From: Lepidodermella squamata
Taxonomy: Eukaryota; Animalia; Gastrotricha
Reading direction: 5' to 3'
Assembly: GCA_047495785.1 (NCBI GenBank)
Contig: JBLDXI010000001.1
Coordinates: 62,001 to 126,000 of the forward strand
Length of the DNA stretch: 64,000 nt
The notes under the pieces are model-generated. The model was given only the letters and a program-made list of their open reading frames with translations, was not told the DNA's origin and searched no databases. Positions 30,924-43,187 of this stretch are shown here, one piece after another (the stretch's first letter is position 1; each line of letters begins with the position of its first letter). The position numbers and the translations under genes are program-made.

Positions 30924-32192
30924 CTATAAGGATATCATGCGCACGGCGTATTCGCGGTGCGATTTTCCGTTCTGTTCCCGGTAACGGCTAGCACTGGGCA
31001 CGCGGTTCTGCGCCGCCGCCAGCGAGCCTTCCACCAGCGACAGCAGCTTATCACAGCTGGCCGAGTCACGCGCCCGTTGGTCCGCCAGCGCCAGCAGTTT
31101 TTCGATCGCGCCGGTGAGTCGCGCCGCCGCGTCGCTATCCGGTTCGGACTCTTGCGTTTGAGCAAGTTTCAGGAAATTCGCGTCCACCACAGCCTGCACC
31201 CATGTCATCACGTTTCGCTCATCTGAAAACGAAAAACGAACAGACATAAAATTCAAGTTATAGAATTTTGAAAGGTTAAATATTTGCCCCCAAAAATTGA
31301 GGTTCCAGCTTCAAATTTATAGCGCACTAGCACCCAATTTTTCCAAATCTTTGAAAATTCGGCTTATCTTTACTTGATTGATACTGATACTGAGGGATTT
31401 ATTATTTTAGCTTGGCTAGTTATAAACCTTTCCACTGTTGGCTTCCAAGACTTCTGAAAACAATCAAATCCTGATTCAAGAAATCAATACTGGAAATCGA
31501 TATCGGCTGTGACCTTCGATAGAGCAAATTACACGGAAATTACAAGTGAGACCTATTGCTTAGGATTAATAATGGCATTAATAATAAAATCAAGAAGAGG
31601 CGAAACTCCATTCATTAGGAAAATCTACGGCTGAAATCTCAAATAGTATGCTGGAAAGTGTGCGGATTCGCCCAACGCCCAATACTGAATTGACTAATAA
31701 GAAAAACTAACTCGTAGCTTCATCCGAAATGGCACATAAAATTGTGACGGCATGTTCCATCAAGTTGACACAGTCTTCGACGTTTGCCGACCGACGGAGA
31801 CAGGAGATTGCACTAGATATATTGATGGCACGTGATAGAATGGCTGTGGCAAGTTCAGCGTCGTTTTTCCGCAGGGCAACAACAACGGCTTCGATGAGTA
31901 GCTGGTCGTCGATTTCGAACCCGCTCTCAATTATTTTTCGCACCAGTTTCAAATCGGCTTTCGTGATAGCGAGGCTCATCAGTTCAGCAATAGCTATGAA
32001 AGGCACCTGACCAGCTTCGAGACATTGCAGCAACGCAGCGCTCGGCCATTCACCATTAGCCTCCTTAAAACGCGCGATTTGCCGCGAAACCTCCGGCCAT
32101 CGCGAGCCGTTCGCATGGCCGTCGAGCTTGCCTTCAGACAGCGAGCGTTTCCTCGCCTGACGTAACAGGTCGGCCAGCGACTGGGTCGTCAT
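30924..32192 (-). CDS. NOL11 (Utp8-like) C-terminal-domain protein, 259 aa
   Basis: Exons 32192-31712 and 31222-30924 (intron gttagt...tttcag). VMTWVQAVVDANF and terminal YAVRMISL resemble the NOL11 motifs WxxxLLDAHF and C-terminal YSIEVLEL. Confidence 0.6.
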
Positions 32193-32570
32193 TTTTTCAG
32201 TTAAAAATCAACGACTACAAATAATAACAAGTTCAAAACTCGATAATACGTGTTCAAAGTGGCGTATTTTACTGATTTAATTTACTTCGGATTTATTTCA
32301 TATCACGAAACCAGCTAAATAACCACTGTAGCCAACGATATTCGCAGACTCCAGAGTAACTCGATTACTAAATCAGCCGCGTAAAAAACTAGCCAAAAGA
32401 ACAACGATTTTTGTAAGGTTCCATCATACATTATAGTACTAGGTAGGGCGGGTATTTAACGGTGGCAGATTTCACTCGAGTCTCATCGTTATGTATAACT
32501 ATTATCATTATTTTACGGCGTCGAGTTCGTCAACTCAATTTATTAAAATCGGTCACTCGCAGGCCTGCGA

Positions 32571-33107
32571 CTACTTGAAGGTGGTGGCACCAAAGCCGAC
32601 GCCAAACGCAACCGCAATGGCAAAGAGCGTCCAGTAGGTCCTGAACAGCTCTTTGCGGCCGAGAAGATAACCGTAATCCTGCCCGACATGGCGCAAGGCG
32701 TTGGCGAAGTGCAAGCCGAACGGGAAAGCGATGCCGAACTTGACGACGTTAGTGAATAGAGGGTGGAGGCTGGACAGCAACAGGCTGGCCTGGTTGAACC
32801 AGTCGGGCCAGACGAGGCTGAGACCACCGAAGCCGGTTATAAAGACGGCCATGTAGCACCCGGTGACGCGGTGCATCAGCGACATGAACATATGCGTCTC
32901 CATCTTATAGACCGTCAAATGCGGGGCAATCGGGCGCGGAGATGCAGCAACGCGTTCGTAGTGCTGACGCAGCTCTTCCTTCGCGAGGCGCTGAGCCTGC
33001 TGTTGCAGGGTCGACGTCGGGGGAGCGGCGATGACTGCCCGGCTCATGTGGAACGAACGCGCAAGGCTCGCGATCGAAGCGCCTGATCGGCACGAAAGCG
33101 ACAGCAT
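32571..33107 (-). CDS. SDHC: Succinate dehydrogenase cytochrome b560 subunit
   Basis: Intronless 178 aa with a mitochondrial-type N-terminus, RPIAPHLTVYK, SLMHRVTG and HFANALRH. Confidence 0.93.
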   Translation of the reverse strand: MLSLSCRSGASIASLARSFHMSRAVIAAPPTSTLQQQAQRLAKEELRQHYERVAASPRPIAPHLTVYKMETHMFMSLMHRVTGCYMAVFITGFGGLSLVWPDWFNQASLLLSSLHPLFTNVVKFGIAFPFGLHFANALRHVGQDYGYLLGRKELFRTYWTLFAIAVAFGVGFGATTFK

Positions 33108-33413
33108 TGTTAAAAACGCAATAAGTACCTAGAAAATCAATAAAAAAATCCACATTAATAACCATCACAAACGTAGTTGCTTTTTCTTCTATTTCAAGTT
33201 GTAGGTATTTCGTTTCTTTTTGTTGCGAATATTTTTCTCAAACAAGACCCGGAATGTGAGACCACTCGAGTATAAAACGTCGACTTGAAATAATAACAAC
33301 AAGTGTTATAGCTATGAAACAAGACATTTTGCGCGACAATAAATTAATAGAGTGATGTTCAATTTTCATTTATAACAAGGAAGAGTACGTTCGTACGTGC
33401 ACCAGTTTCGTCG

Positions 33414-33495
33414 CAACCACTCAAGCGCACCACTGGCCTAATGAGTATGTGAATAAGGCTGACTGTGTTGACTAGGCCAATGGCGCTTGAGGTTG
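33414..33495. other. Stable imperfect hairpin in the PLEKHA8-SDHC spacer
   Basis: caaccactcaagcgcaccactggccta pairs with taggccaatggcgcttgaggttg (about 22 bp with two small bulges and one mismatch) around a ~32-nt loop. Confidence 0.6.
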
Positions 33496-33725
33496 ACTCA
33501 CATGCATAAAGGATCTACCCGTTTCAAGTTATCAGAGCAAATCTCACAAAATGTACAAAAATTGCAGAAGTCGGGGTATGGAGCTGTGTTTTCAAAAAAC
33601 AAAGACAACCACTGCGATGACACATTCCAAGAGAAAAAAAATATTGGGAATGGAGACGATCGTCGACAAAACACGGTCTATGAAAGCGATGTGAGAAATT
33701 TTCTTGTTATATAGGAAATAATGGG

Positions 33726-35347
33726 CTACAATTTCTTCGATAGACCGGTTTTGTCCAGGTAACGGCCTAGCGCATCAAGCACTTCGCGAAGACCTGTTAC
33801 GTAATGCGAAATATCCTCACGTATGTCATCGATATCACAGTTTTCGGTACCGCCAATGCTGGTCAAAAATTGGGTCGGCTTAACCGGCAACGCTTGAAGC
33901 GCCAGCGAGAACACAGTCCGAGCCATCAGACCGTGGAAAGCTCGCAGGGTCTTGCCGTACGCATCAGAAGCACATTGACGCGCATCCGTGCTGGCGGGAT
34001 CGGCTAAATATTTCAAGAAAAGCGCGATGAACTCCATGCCTCGGGTCAGCCAAACGAGGCCAACGCTGGCTGATGGATCTGTTGTCGACTTCCCTGCCGC
34101 AATTTCAATGGCGACCAACGCCTGGATGGTGCATTCCTCCGCCTTAATTTTCTTCGATGCATCGTATTTATTGAGGGCGGCTTCGATTTTCGAAATATTT
34201 CCAGCAACGTCCGAACGGACGGGCGACAACACGCTGGTCTTGAACCGATCGAGGATGGTCAGAATGCTGCGAGCCGCTTCCAGAAAAACCAGGACTGACA
34301 TATCACCATCAGGCTGGATGATTTCGATGTCGGAGAAGGTGTGACCTTCGAGTTCGGTCAACTCGCTGCGAAACTGGTACTTCTTCGGCACGATGGCCTT
34401 TGACGTGACTGGCGTTTCAGAGGCCCTCCGCTCCGACTGCTCTTTCGGCGTGCTATTCTCCGAATTGTGACCATCGTCGATGCTTTGAGTGTCGCTTTTC
34501 GGAGTCAGTGGCAACTTGCCATCGTGCAAAGCAAGACCGAGGGTACTGTTGAAATAGCTGATCCTTTAGTTTCAAGTGAAAAAAAGCGGTAACTGAAGCT
34601 AAAGCAAGCAACACGCGGGGGTGCGGGACTTACTGCGAATTGGAGTCGTCGACCGGGGCGGCTACGGCATCGATTGGCAAATCGTTTACACTCATTGCAT
34701 CGAGATACTTTGCCGGTGCTGGGGTGGTCGCGGGAGAGACGACGAGGTGCGCCTCGCTGGGGCCGTTGAAGTTGGCAACAGACGAGGTCAGCAATAAACA
34801 CTCGTCCACTGATCGAGCCAGGACGTGAGCAGTCGTCACCAGCATTGCTGCATAAATCAAAGAACAAAATTTGTCAACGAAATGTAAGGCCTATAAAAAG
34901 CGTACCTAGCGAATTTTGAGCAGCAGCCTTGTCGTCATCTCGAGACAGTGCTAATTGAGCTTCGCTGGCTTGTTGCAAGATTAGGTCCATGTAGAGACGC
35001 ACCTCGGATCGCCGCGCTTTGACAGCGTCGGCCAGGTCGGCCTCAGTCGACCGCCGTTTTCCGACAAGTTTCGACGAGCCAAGAACTTTCAACCACGCCG
35101 ATCTGTCCCTGTCGCTATAGGCCTTCAAACTGTAATGTTGTTCGCCAGGAATGACAATGTCTAAGCGTTTCATATCGTTTTGATGAACAATTATTTCGCA
35201 AAGAGCGAGATTGACTGAGCCACGGCAGCCATTACGCGTGTCGTCCTTCGAGTTAAAGTACGATAGAGTTCCGTCATCGTTCAGTACGAACCAGCGGGGT
35301 TGCCAGCCAGACATGTAATTCGTCCATTTCAAAAGGACACCCTCCAT
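33726..35347 (-). CDS. PLEKHA8: FAPP2/PLEKHA8 (PH domain + glycolipid transfer protein domain)
   Basis: Exons 35347-34906, 34847-34634 and 34545-33726. PH domain MEGVLLKWTNYMSGWQPRWFVL; GLTP domain SPVRSDVAGNISKI...GLVWLTRGMEF...AYGKTLRAFHG. Confidence 0.92.
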
Positions 35348-35783
35348 TATTGCGTGGTCAAAATAATTAACAGAAAAAAAAGCTAATAAAAAATGTTCTA
35401 AAATAACATTAAATTAGAAAGCTATCGTTCCACCAGCGACTGAAAATCCCCGCAACGATTCGAATATACAATTTAAAAATCTAAATAAAAAAAACAGCAG
35501 ATATAATTATTGTGGTCATTTACACGTTTTACTAAAAAGAAAAGGCAAGGCGCTTAACGCACCGTCAAACAAGAACGCAGCCTTTATTGCAGACGATTAT
35601 TTATAGAATCATCGGTTGCCGTGCTGATGAGCAACTCAAGAGGACAGCCAAAACGAAGAAATGAAATCAATCAGCTTTTGCCGTGCGGTTTTGTATCAGT
35701 AACGTTGATTATGACGATGACAGGTATACATAAGAAAACGCTATACACCTATGATATTTACGACTCGAGCCAGATTCAGCAAG

Positions 35784-37321
<1,538 letters not shown>

Positions 37322-37408
37322 CTATCTATAGAATTTTTCAAAAAATCAATCGGTGCTATTCATAGGTAAATATTGCACATAGAATATAAGAAGTATATAG
37401 AATTTAAT

Positions 37409-38749
37409 TCAGTTGACCAAGTAATTGGCAGTAAGCTTTTTTTGTGCAAGCTCATAGCTGTAAGTGGTAAAAAATAGTGTTTTCTCGTTGATAACAGTAT
37501 TTGAGAGCAACTTCAGCCTGTTGGAATTCTTCTTAGCAGCCAAGAGATTGACTTCGACCGCGCAATCTCTTTCAACAACGACGCAAACAATTGTACCAAA
37601 AGGTCGGAAGAAAATTGGCCTGCTGATGTGATTTAGAGGCGAGTCGACAACAAAGTAATTGGTGGAACTGAGACTAAGCGGCCGGTGACCAATCAAAAAT
37701 TGAAAAAATCCACCGCTCTCTTCAGGGTAAATTAAGAACACAAAGAAAGAAGACGAGAAGGCAAAAGTGGTGTACTCAGGTGTTCGCATCCATTTTCCAG
37801 GTAGCACCAGGTTCTCTTTTAGGCTTGAGTTTTCTATGGGGCTGAATTCGGACGTAACATATAAGCGGTTCATGCACGACCCGTCCGTGTCAGGATAAGC
37901 GCACAAGGCGAAATTACCGTCAGCAAGCAGTATCTGATAATCAGAATATTCTGATGCAATTTCCAACGACGAAAATCGGACAATTGCGGTTCCGTAACTA
38001 TCACTGTCATGACAGGAACCCCGAAACGTGTTAATGATTGCGAATATTTCCGACGTTGTAGGGTGCGTGAACAAAGAAGCTCGTTTAGCAGAAGACAAGA
38101 ATGTGCTGTTTTCAACGATAAATTCTTTCTTGGTCCAGTGCAAGCTCACGTTAAACACCATTGTATGGAAGATGAAAAGGCATGACGTAACATCAGTGCG
38201 ATACGGATGCTGCAGTATACAAGGTGGTCCAGCGTACTCAACAGGAAACCAGCTTGTTTCATCGTCCATCCATCTTAATGTCCATGCTTGAATATCTCCT
38301 GATGCAACGTTGATCACCTTGAGATCTGATGATTCAGAGGCATTGTAACCGGTGGGGATAAATAAGAAGCTACCCACGACGAACCAATGTTTTGCTCTCA
38401 AATCAAAAACATCTGAAACTGGTAGGTACTGTGAAAGTTCAGTGATCGTGAGCGATGGAGGAGATGAACAGCATCCACATGATTCATAAAACAGTTTAAC
38501 GATAGCTTCATCCCGGAGTGATGAGCTAAGGTCAGCCAAATAAGAATTACCAGGAGCAGCTATCTCTTGAAGGAACTCTACTGAAATATCATTCTTCACA
38601 ATAATCTTCCAGCCGCCAGATGACAAAAACGTTTCCACGGCCAATTTGAAAACGTTGCATACACCCTTAAACCGCAGGATATCAGGGTAAGCAAGGTGTT
38701 TGATTATACGCTCTAAAACATCATATGGAAGGCACGCAAGGTCCTTCAT
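37409..38749 (-). CDS. F-box protein, lineage-specific, intronless, 446 aa
   Basis: N-terminal F-box LACLPYDVLERIIKHLAYPDILRFKGVCNVF, followed by a beta-strand-rich region I do not recognise. Confidence 0.8.
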   Translation of the reverse strand: MKDLACLPYDVLERIIKHLAYPDILRFKGVCNVFKLAVETFLSSGGWKIIVKNDISVEFLQEIAAPGNSYLADLSSSLRDEAIVKLFYESCGCCSSPPSLTITELSQYLPVSDVFDLRAKHWFVVGSFLFIPTGYNASESSDLKVINVASGDIQAWTLRWMDDETSWFPVEYAGPPCILQHPYRTDVTSCLFIFHTMVFNVSLHWTKKEFIVENSTFLSSAKRASLFTHPTTSEIFAIINTFRGSCHDSDSYGTAIVRFSSLEIASEYSDYQILLADGNFALCAYPDTDGSCMNRLYVTSEFSPIENSSLKENLVLPGKWMRTPEYTTFAFSSSFFVFLIYPEESGGFFQFLIGHRPLSLSSTNYFVVDSPLNHISRPIFFRPFGTIVCVVVERDCAVEVNLLAAKKNSNRLKLLSNTVINEKTLFFTTYSYELAQKKLTANYLVN

Positions 38750-40302
38750 AATCTATCAATGAAATTATACCAAGGATCAACTTAACGGTGTAATGTAACT
38801 AATAATGCTTGGATTGTACACGAGTCATATAGGATGAAGTGATGCGGTAGATGAAGGCAGACAGAACTTCTCTCGCTCGGAAGTATTCAGTAGAGATGAA
38901 GGATATGTTTAAAAAGACAGCCCTGGAAATCGAAAATCGAGGTAGTAATATAACTGAAGGCTTCTACTATTTCGAAGGGATATTTCTCTCGGGTTCTCAA
39001 ATCCTCAATATTATCTACCAACAGAACTTTTACTGCGTTGAGAGTTTAGATACATGAAAAAACATTGAAAAATGTTATCAGTAGCATTATTCCGCATTGC
39101 ACTAACTTAATCGTACTCACATATCACATTCCTGTTTCCAATCCTTCGTTCTATATAAAATTCATTTTTTTACTTTGTCAAACAAACAACTTGGACAAAG
39201 TAAAAAAATGCGATATATGCAACGAATGAAAGCAATGAGAATAGTAGTATAAAATACAGCATAATTCATATTAGAAGGCAGAAGCTAAATATAGGACAGT
39301 CTCGTACATAAGGAAGAGCCCGAGGTCATTAATTTAAAATACAAGGCATGATCATTGCGTAGAAATTATAATTTTTGTTCACCTTTGCATCCAACAACCC
39401 GCAAAACAGAGATATCGAATCAGATCGGCAAAGGTAATCTCAATCTTATGCAGCAGGTTTCATTTCATCAACAACAAACAAAATTACAAAATTAAACTAA
39501 TTTTAGCCATTGTGCGGGACGTTTGGTCTTACGCGATGCGGTTCAGGGTGTCCTAACCGAGGAATTCATTTGTCTATTTCAATAATTATTGACAATTTAA
39601 ATATGATCAATACTCAAAAACTTATTTTTTGATAGAAATTAACCAGTATCTACTTTATTTCGAAATTATTTTAATTTATTGCCGCATGTCATTTTCGGGT
39701 TCGATTTCAAACCGGCCAAGAAGGGAGTTGAGAGAACAAGTTCTGCCATTGTGATTCATCGTCTACTCATCGACAAAGGCCAGCCCATCGGCATATATCG
39801 GTTCATACCCCGCTCAACATTATCATAACCAAATGAACACTAGAGGCTCATTTTTCTCATTTTAAGCTGCCCTTAAACGTCTTAACCTGCCTTAAACCTC
39901 CATTTGTGGTTGTTGAAGTAATGTCCCTTATCTTACATTATTACAGCTGCTCAGTGCTCAAGCCAAGCGAAGTGTGTTCCAGAGGGGATGAACACGTAAG
40001 AACTCGCGGCGGCGAGCGCTTACGGGTAAACGTGGCCCGCTTTACTCTAATGTATCTCCAACGGCCAACGGTTGTAGCTCTGTGTTTTGTGTTCAAAGAT
40101 TATCCTCCTTTCCTCCTCGCACTGAGTGCGGCTGTTTTTCTCTTCAGAGTTGACATCTTCTACTTCTCTGCTACATGAAATGACATAGTCGCTTTCTGGA
40201 TTTATACTTGGGTTATTCGTGAGTATGGTTTTGCTTATCATCGCTTTTCAGCTCTATATCGTATATCATGAAATCATGATCAAGTGCATTATTTTTTCCT
40301 AG
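38750..40302. promoter_or_regulatory. Divergent (bidirectional) promoter region between the minus-strand and plus-strand gene clusters
   Basis: The F-box ATG (38749, -) and PHF21 ATG (40303, +) face away from each other across 1.55 kb with no credible ORF. Confidence 0.55.
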
Positions 40303-41412
40303 ATGACATCTGTCGATTTTAAAGTTTCGATCGAAGGTGATGAACGATTAGACAAAAATTCTCCTGAGACTTTACAAAGCCTGATAATAAAGCATCAGGT
40401 TTGTTTTTCTGCCTAACATTGCTCACAATTCACTGTGTTATGTAAAAAAAACAGGAAATTTTCAGAAATTCGGTAAGCAATTACTCTACATTTTTATATA
40501 ATTTATTTACGTAACTTCCTTGTTTCCAGCGGGGAACCGGATCTTCCGATCGCGAATTACGAGCAATTCGTAGGGCAATTGCTGAATTGGCCATCAAGCA
40601 GGTATGTCTATGCCCTTTTCTCAATACGGTGATTTTATCTTACTTGTTTCTTTCGAACAGCGCTCGTTGTATGAAGTTGCCGTTGATGACAAAGACACAG
40701 CGGTTTGCTATATTGTATGATCCGTTTTATTTATGACGTCCTTGCTCCTTACAGGAAGAAGTTGACGTTATTTTGCATCGCACTATAGAACATTTGCCTG
40801 ATGGAGCACGCGAGGTGATTAGTCATAAAACCAAAGTTGAGTTATATGTCTGAAATTGTGCTCATAGAAAGCTCTGTTCATGAGGCGGCTTGACTTGCTG
40901 CTTGTCGATGCAGCTCGAGGTAACTACTCCATTCAAGCTCATGTAATATGATGCGATTAATTTTAGCACTCGAGGCTAAACGGGAAGCGAGAAAACGGCG
41001 ACGCAATGCTATGTCGACCAATGTTGCAGCAGCTGGCAGTGGCAAACCTGAAGCCATGAAGAGACGCAGCACTCGGCCTCTACGATCGAATTATGGTCCT
41101 GGAGGGAGTGAATTCTTGAAAAATAGTTTGTTCGAAAATAACCAATCATGGCTACGAAGCGGCCAGATGGACCATCATTCCGGTGGCAATGAGCACGGCG
41201 ATGGTGATTTCGACGTGTTAGACATTGACATTGCAGTTAAAAACTCGAAAATACGTTCGAGGCGTTGCAAAATATGCGAAGCCGGGGGCGATGTCGAGGT
41301 TTGCAAGAGTTGTGAATCTGGGTATCATGTCGGGATTTGTGTTCCTTCCGCCATTACTGGGTCTAAGCTATTCCTATGTCCTGATTGCTCGAAAAAGCAA
41401 ACCGAGTCATAG
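40303..41412 (+). CDS. PHF21A: Compact PHF21/BHC80-like PHD-finger protein, 261 aa
   Basis: Exons 40303-40398, 40455-40472, 40530-40601, 40661-40702, 40755-40814, 40868-40919 and 40967-41412 join in frame. It has an N-terminal coil (LIIKHQ...IAELAIKQ) and a C-terminal PHD. KALFMRRLDLL...LEAKREARKRRR resembles PHF21A FMxxLGLVT...IQSKRQERKRR. Confidence 0.7.
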
Positions 41413-41548
41413 CTGTAATTCTTTCGCTCGTATTCTGAATATAACTCTCATTATTTGTTTTATTCGGGCAATGTTGGTTTTTCAAATAATATCCAAGAGG
41501 TGGTTTCCGGCCGTTTAAAATTATTTTGTTCTTAGGGTTTATTTTATC

Positions 41549-43023
41549 ATGGATCATCATCGTAGCTTCAACTTCGGTTATCGCCCAACTTGCCTGATCG
41601 CTCTTTTGGATGTGAGCAGTAGCCAAGTCATGTTCGTAAAATCAGCCGAGAGCAACGAAGTATCTCCGAGGGATCATAAAATGATATCTATAATCGCTAA
41701 CACTGCTATATTCGCTAAAATGTCCAGTAAAGAGCAAGTTCTAATTGAAGAAGCATCTGGTTCAGCGGTTCATGTCGTTTGGAAACCAGTTTCATCGAGG
41801 TACCGTTAACTATTTTCATCCAGTTCTATACTAGTTCTTATTTTTTCAGCTTGATGGTTTTAATTATGGGATCAACGGATCGATTCAGCGACTCGAATAT
41901 AATGAATGATTACGCAGGGCAGGTAGTCGCGTGCTGTGAACTTCTTTTCGGACACATTTTGCAAAAATCCGACGGAGGAATCGGGTGTTTGAGACTGCAG
42001 CACAGCGCTTTCGCCACGTTTGGCTCATTCATTGACTTGATTTTCCGGCAACTCGAAAAGATTGATTACCTTTTGACCTATTTAATACCGTACGTTGAGG
42101 TGCGTCCAGCATCGAGATCTGTAGAATCGCTGTCCGCGTGTCTGACGTCATTTAGCGATTCTGTAAATGCAATCGGCGGCGTGATATTTTCATCTTCACG
42201 AATTTGCCTGATTAACCATCGACTGAAGGAACGTTTTAGCCCATTGCAGCTGCGAGCGTTTGTAGCTTTGTGCAACTCAGTTTTTGGCGGATCTCACAAA
42301 GCCATGTTTCGATCACGATCATCGTCTCTTCGCTCACTCTTAGCTCACGTTAGCGCCGTTGAGAGTCCGAACCGTCCGCCTTATTTCGATTGTTATCTAC
42401 CGGATTCAACGAATCATGCGACTGTGTCGTGTCATCGGGTGTTTTGCTCGGCTATAAGTCCCGACTCAAACTTGATGGCTGCCTTCGTGTTTGAACTCTC
42501 AGCCAGCTCTGAGTTTTTACCGGAAAATTTGGCGATGGAAGTTTCGCGATATTGGACTCCGATTTTGCTATCACCAAAAGATTCGCCGGAATTTAACTTT
42601 GGTCAACTCGTTAGCAACCCATCCGAATCGCTTTTTGACGACAAAGTAATGCTAAGTGAAAAACATTCGGTCGAGAAGTTGAATCCATCTATAATTTGCG
42701 TTGCGCATTCTGAAACATATTTGTGCAGTATTTACGTCTCTGGCGAGGGTTCAGTTATGCCCAAGTTATACCAGCGGCTAATTTCGCTGATAACCAAGGC
42801 CAACAAACAGTTTTGCTCAATTGAAAGTTCTCATATGCAATCGCGGCATCCGGCCGCCATTTGCCTGCGATATCCAGATTGTTTGGCCGTAGCAATTCAT
42901 CGACCTCCATTGAGCGTTTTTGCTATCATCCCTCCTTCATGGCAACCTCAGAGTGCAATCAAAACCGTGGCCGATATTGGCCTGGATTACTTTTTCCGAT
43001 CTCAGATCTCTCTTACGCAGTGA
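41549..43023 (+). CDS. FUZ: Fuzzy (CPLANE tri-longin planar cell polarity effector)
   Basis: Exons 41549-41799 and 41850-43023. HVVWKPVSSSLMVLIMGS, DCYLPDS...CHRV and RYWTPIL resemble FUZ TVVWKSFHDSITLIVLSS, PVYLPHGS...PHRL and RWWQPLL. Confidence 0.75.
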
Positions 43024-43187
43024 TATACACATGCATTTTTATACATCTTTACAAGAATTGTGATATATTACAACCTTTTCACGGACCTCTATTGTTTTGT
43101 ATTCTTTCAGTGAAGTAAAAATTGTCTGTCTATCCAATTCTTTAATTTTAGGCTCGTTAAATATATTCTGTTTGATCGGCGTCAAAA

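Noticed and set aside
33440-33475. SECIS-like ATGA...AA...GA or IRE reading of the hairpin
   Set aside because: Helix II does not pair, no upstream plus-strand selenoprotein exists, and there is no CAGUGN loop.
39382-39470. Minus-strand TGATGA...CTGA (C/D snoRNA-like) segment, also readable as ATG-AAA-TGA followed by an open frame
   Set aside because: Too short, no terminal stem, no rRNA complement I can recognise, and no SECIS support for UGA read-through.
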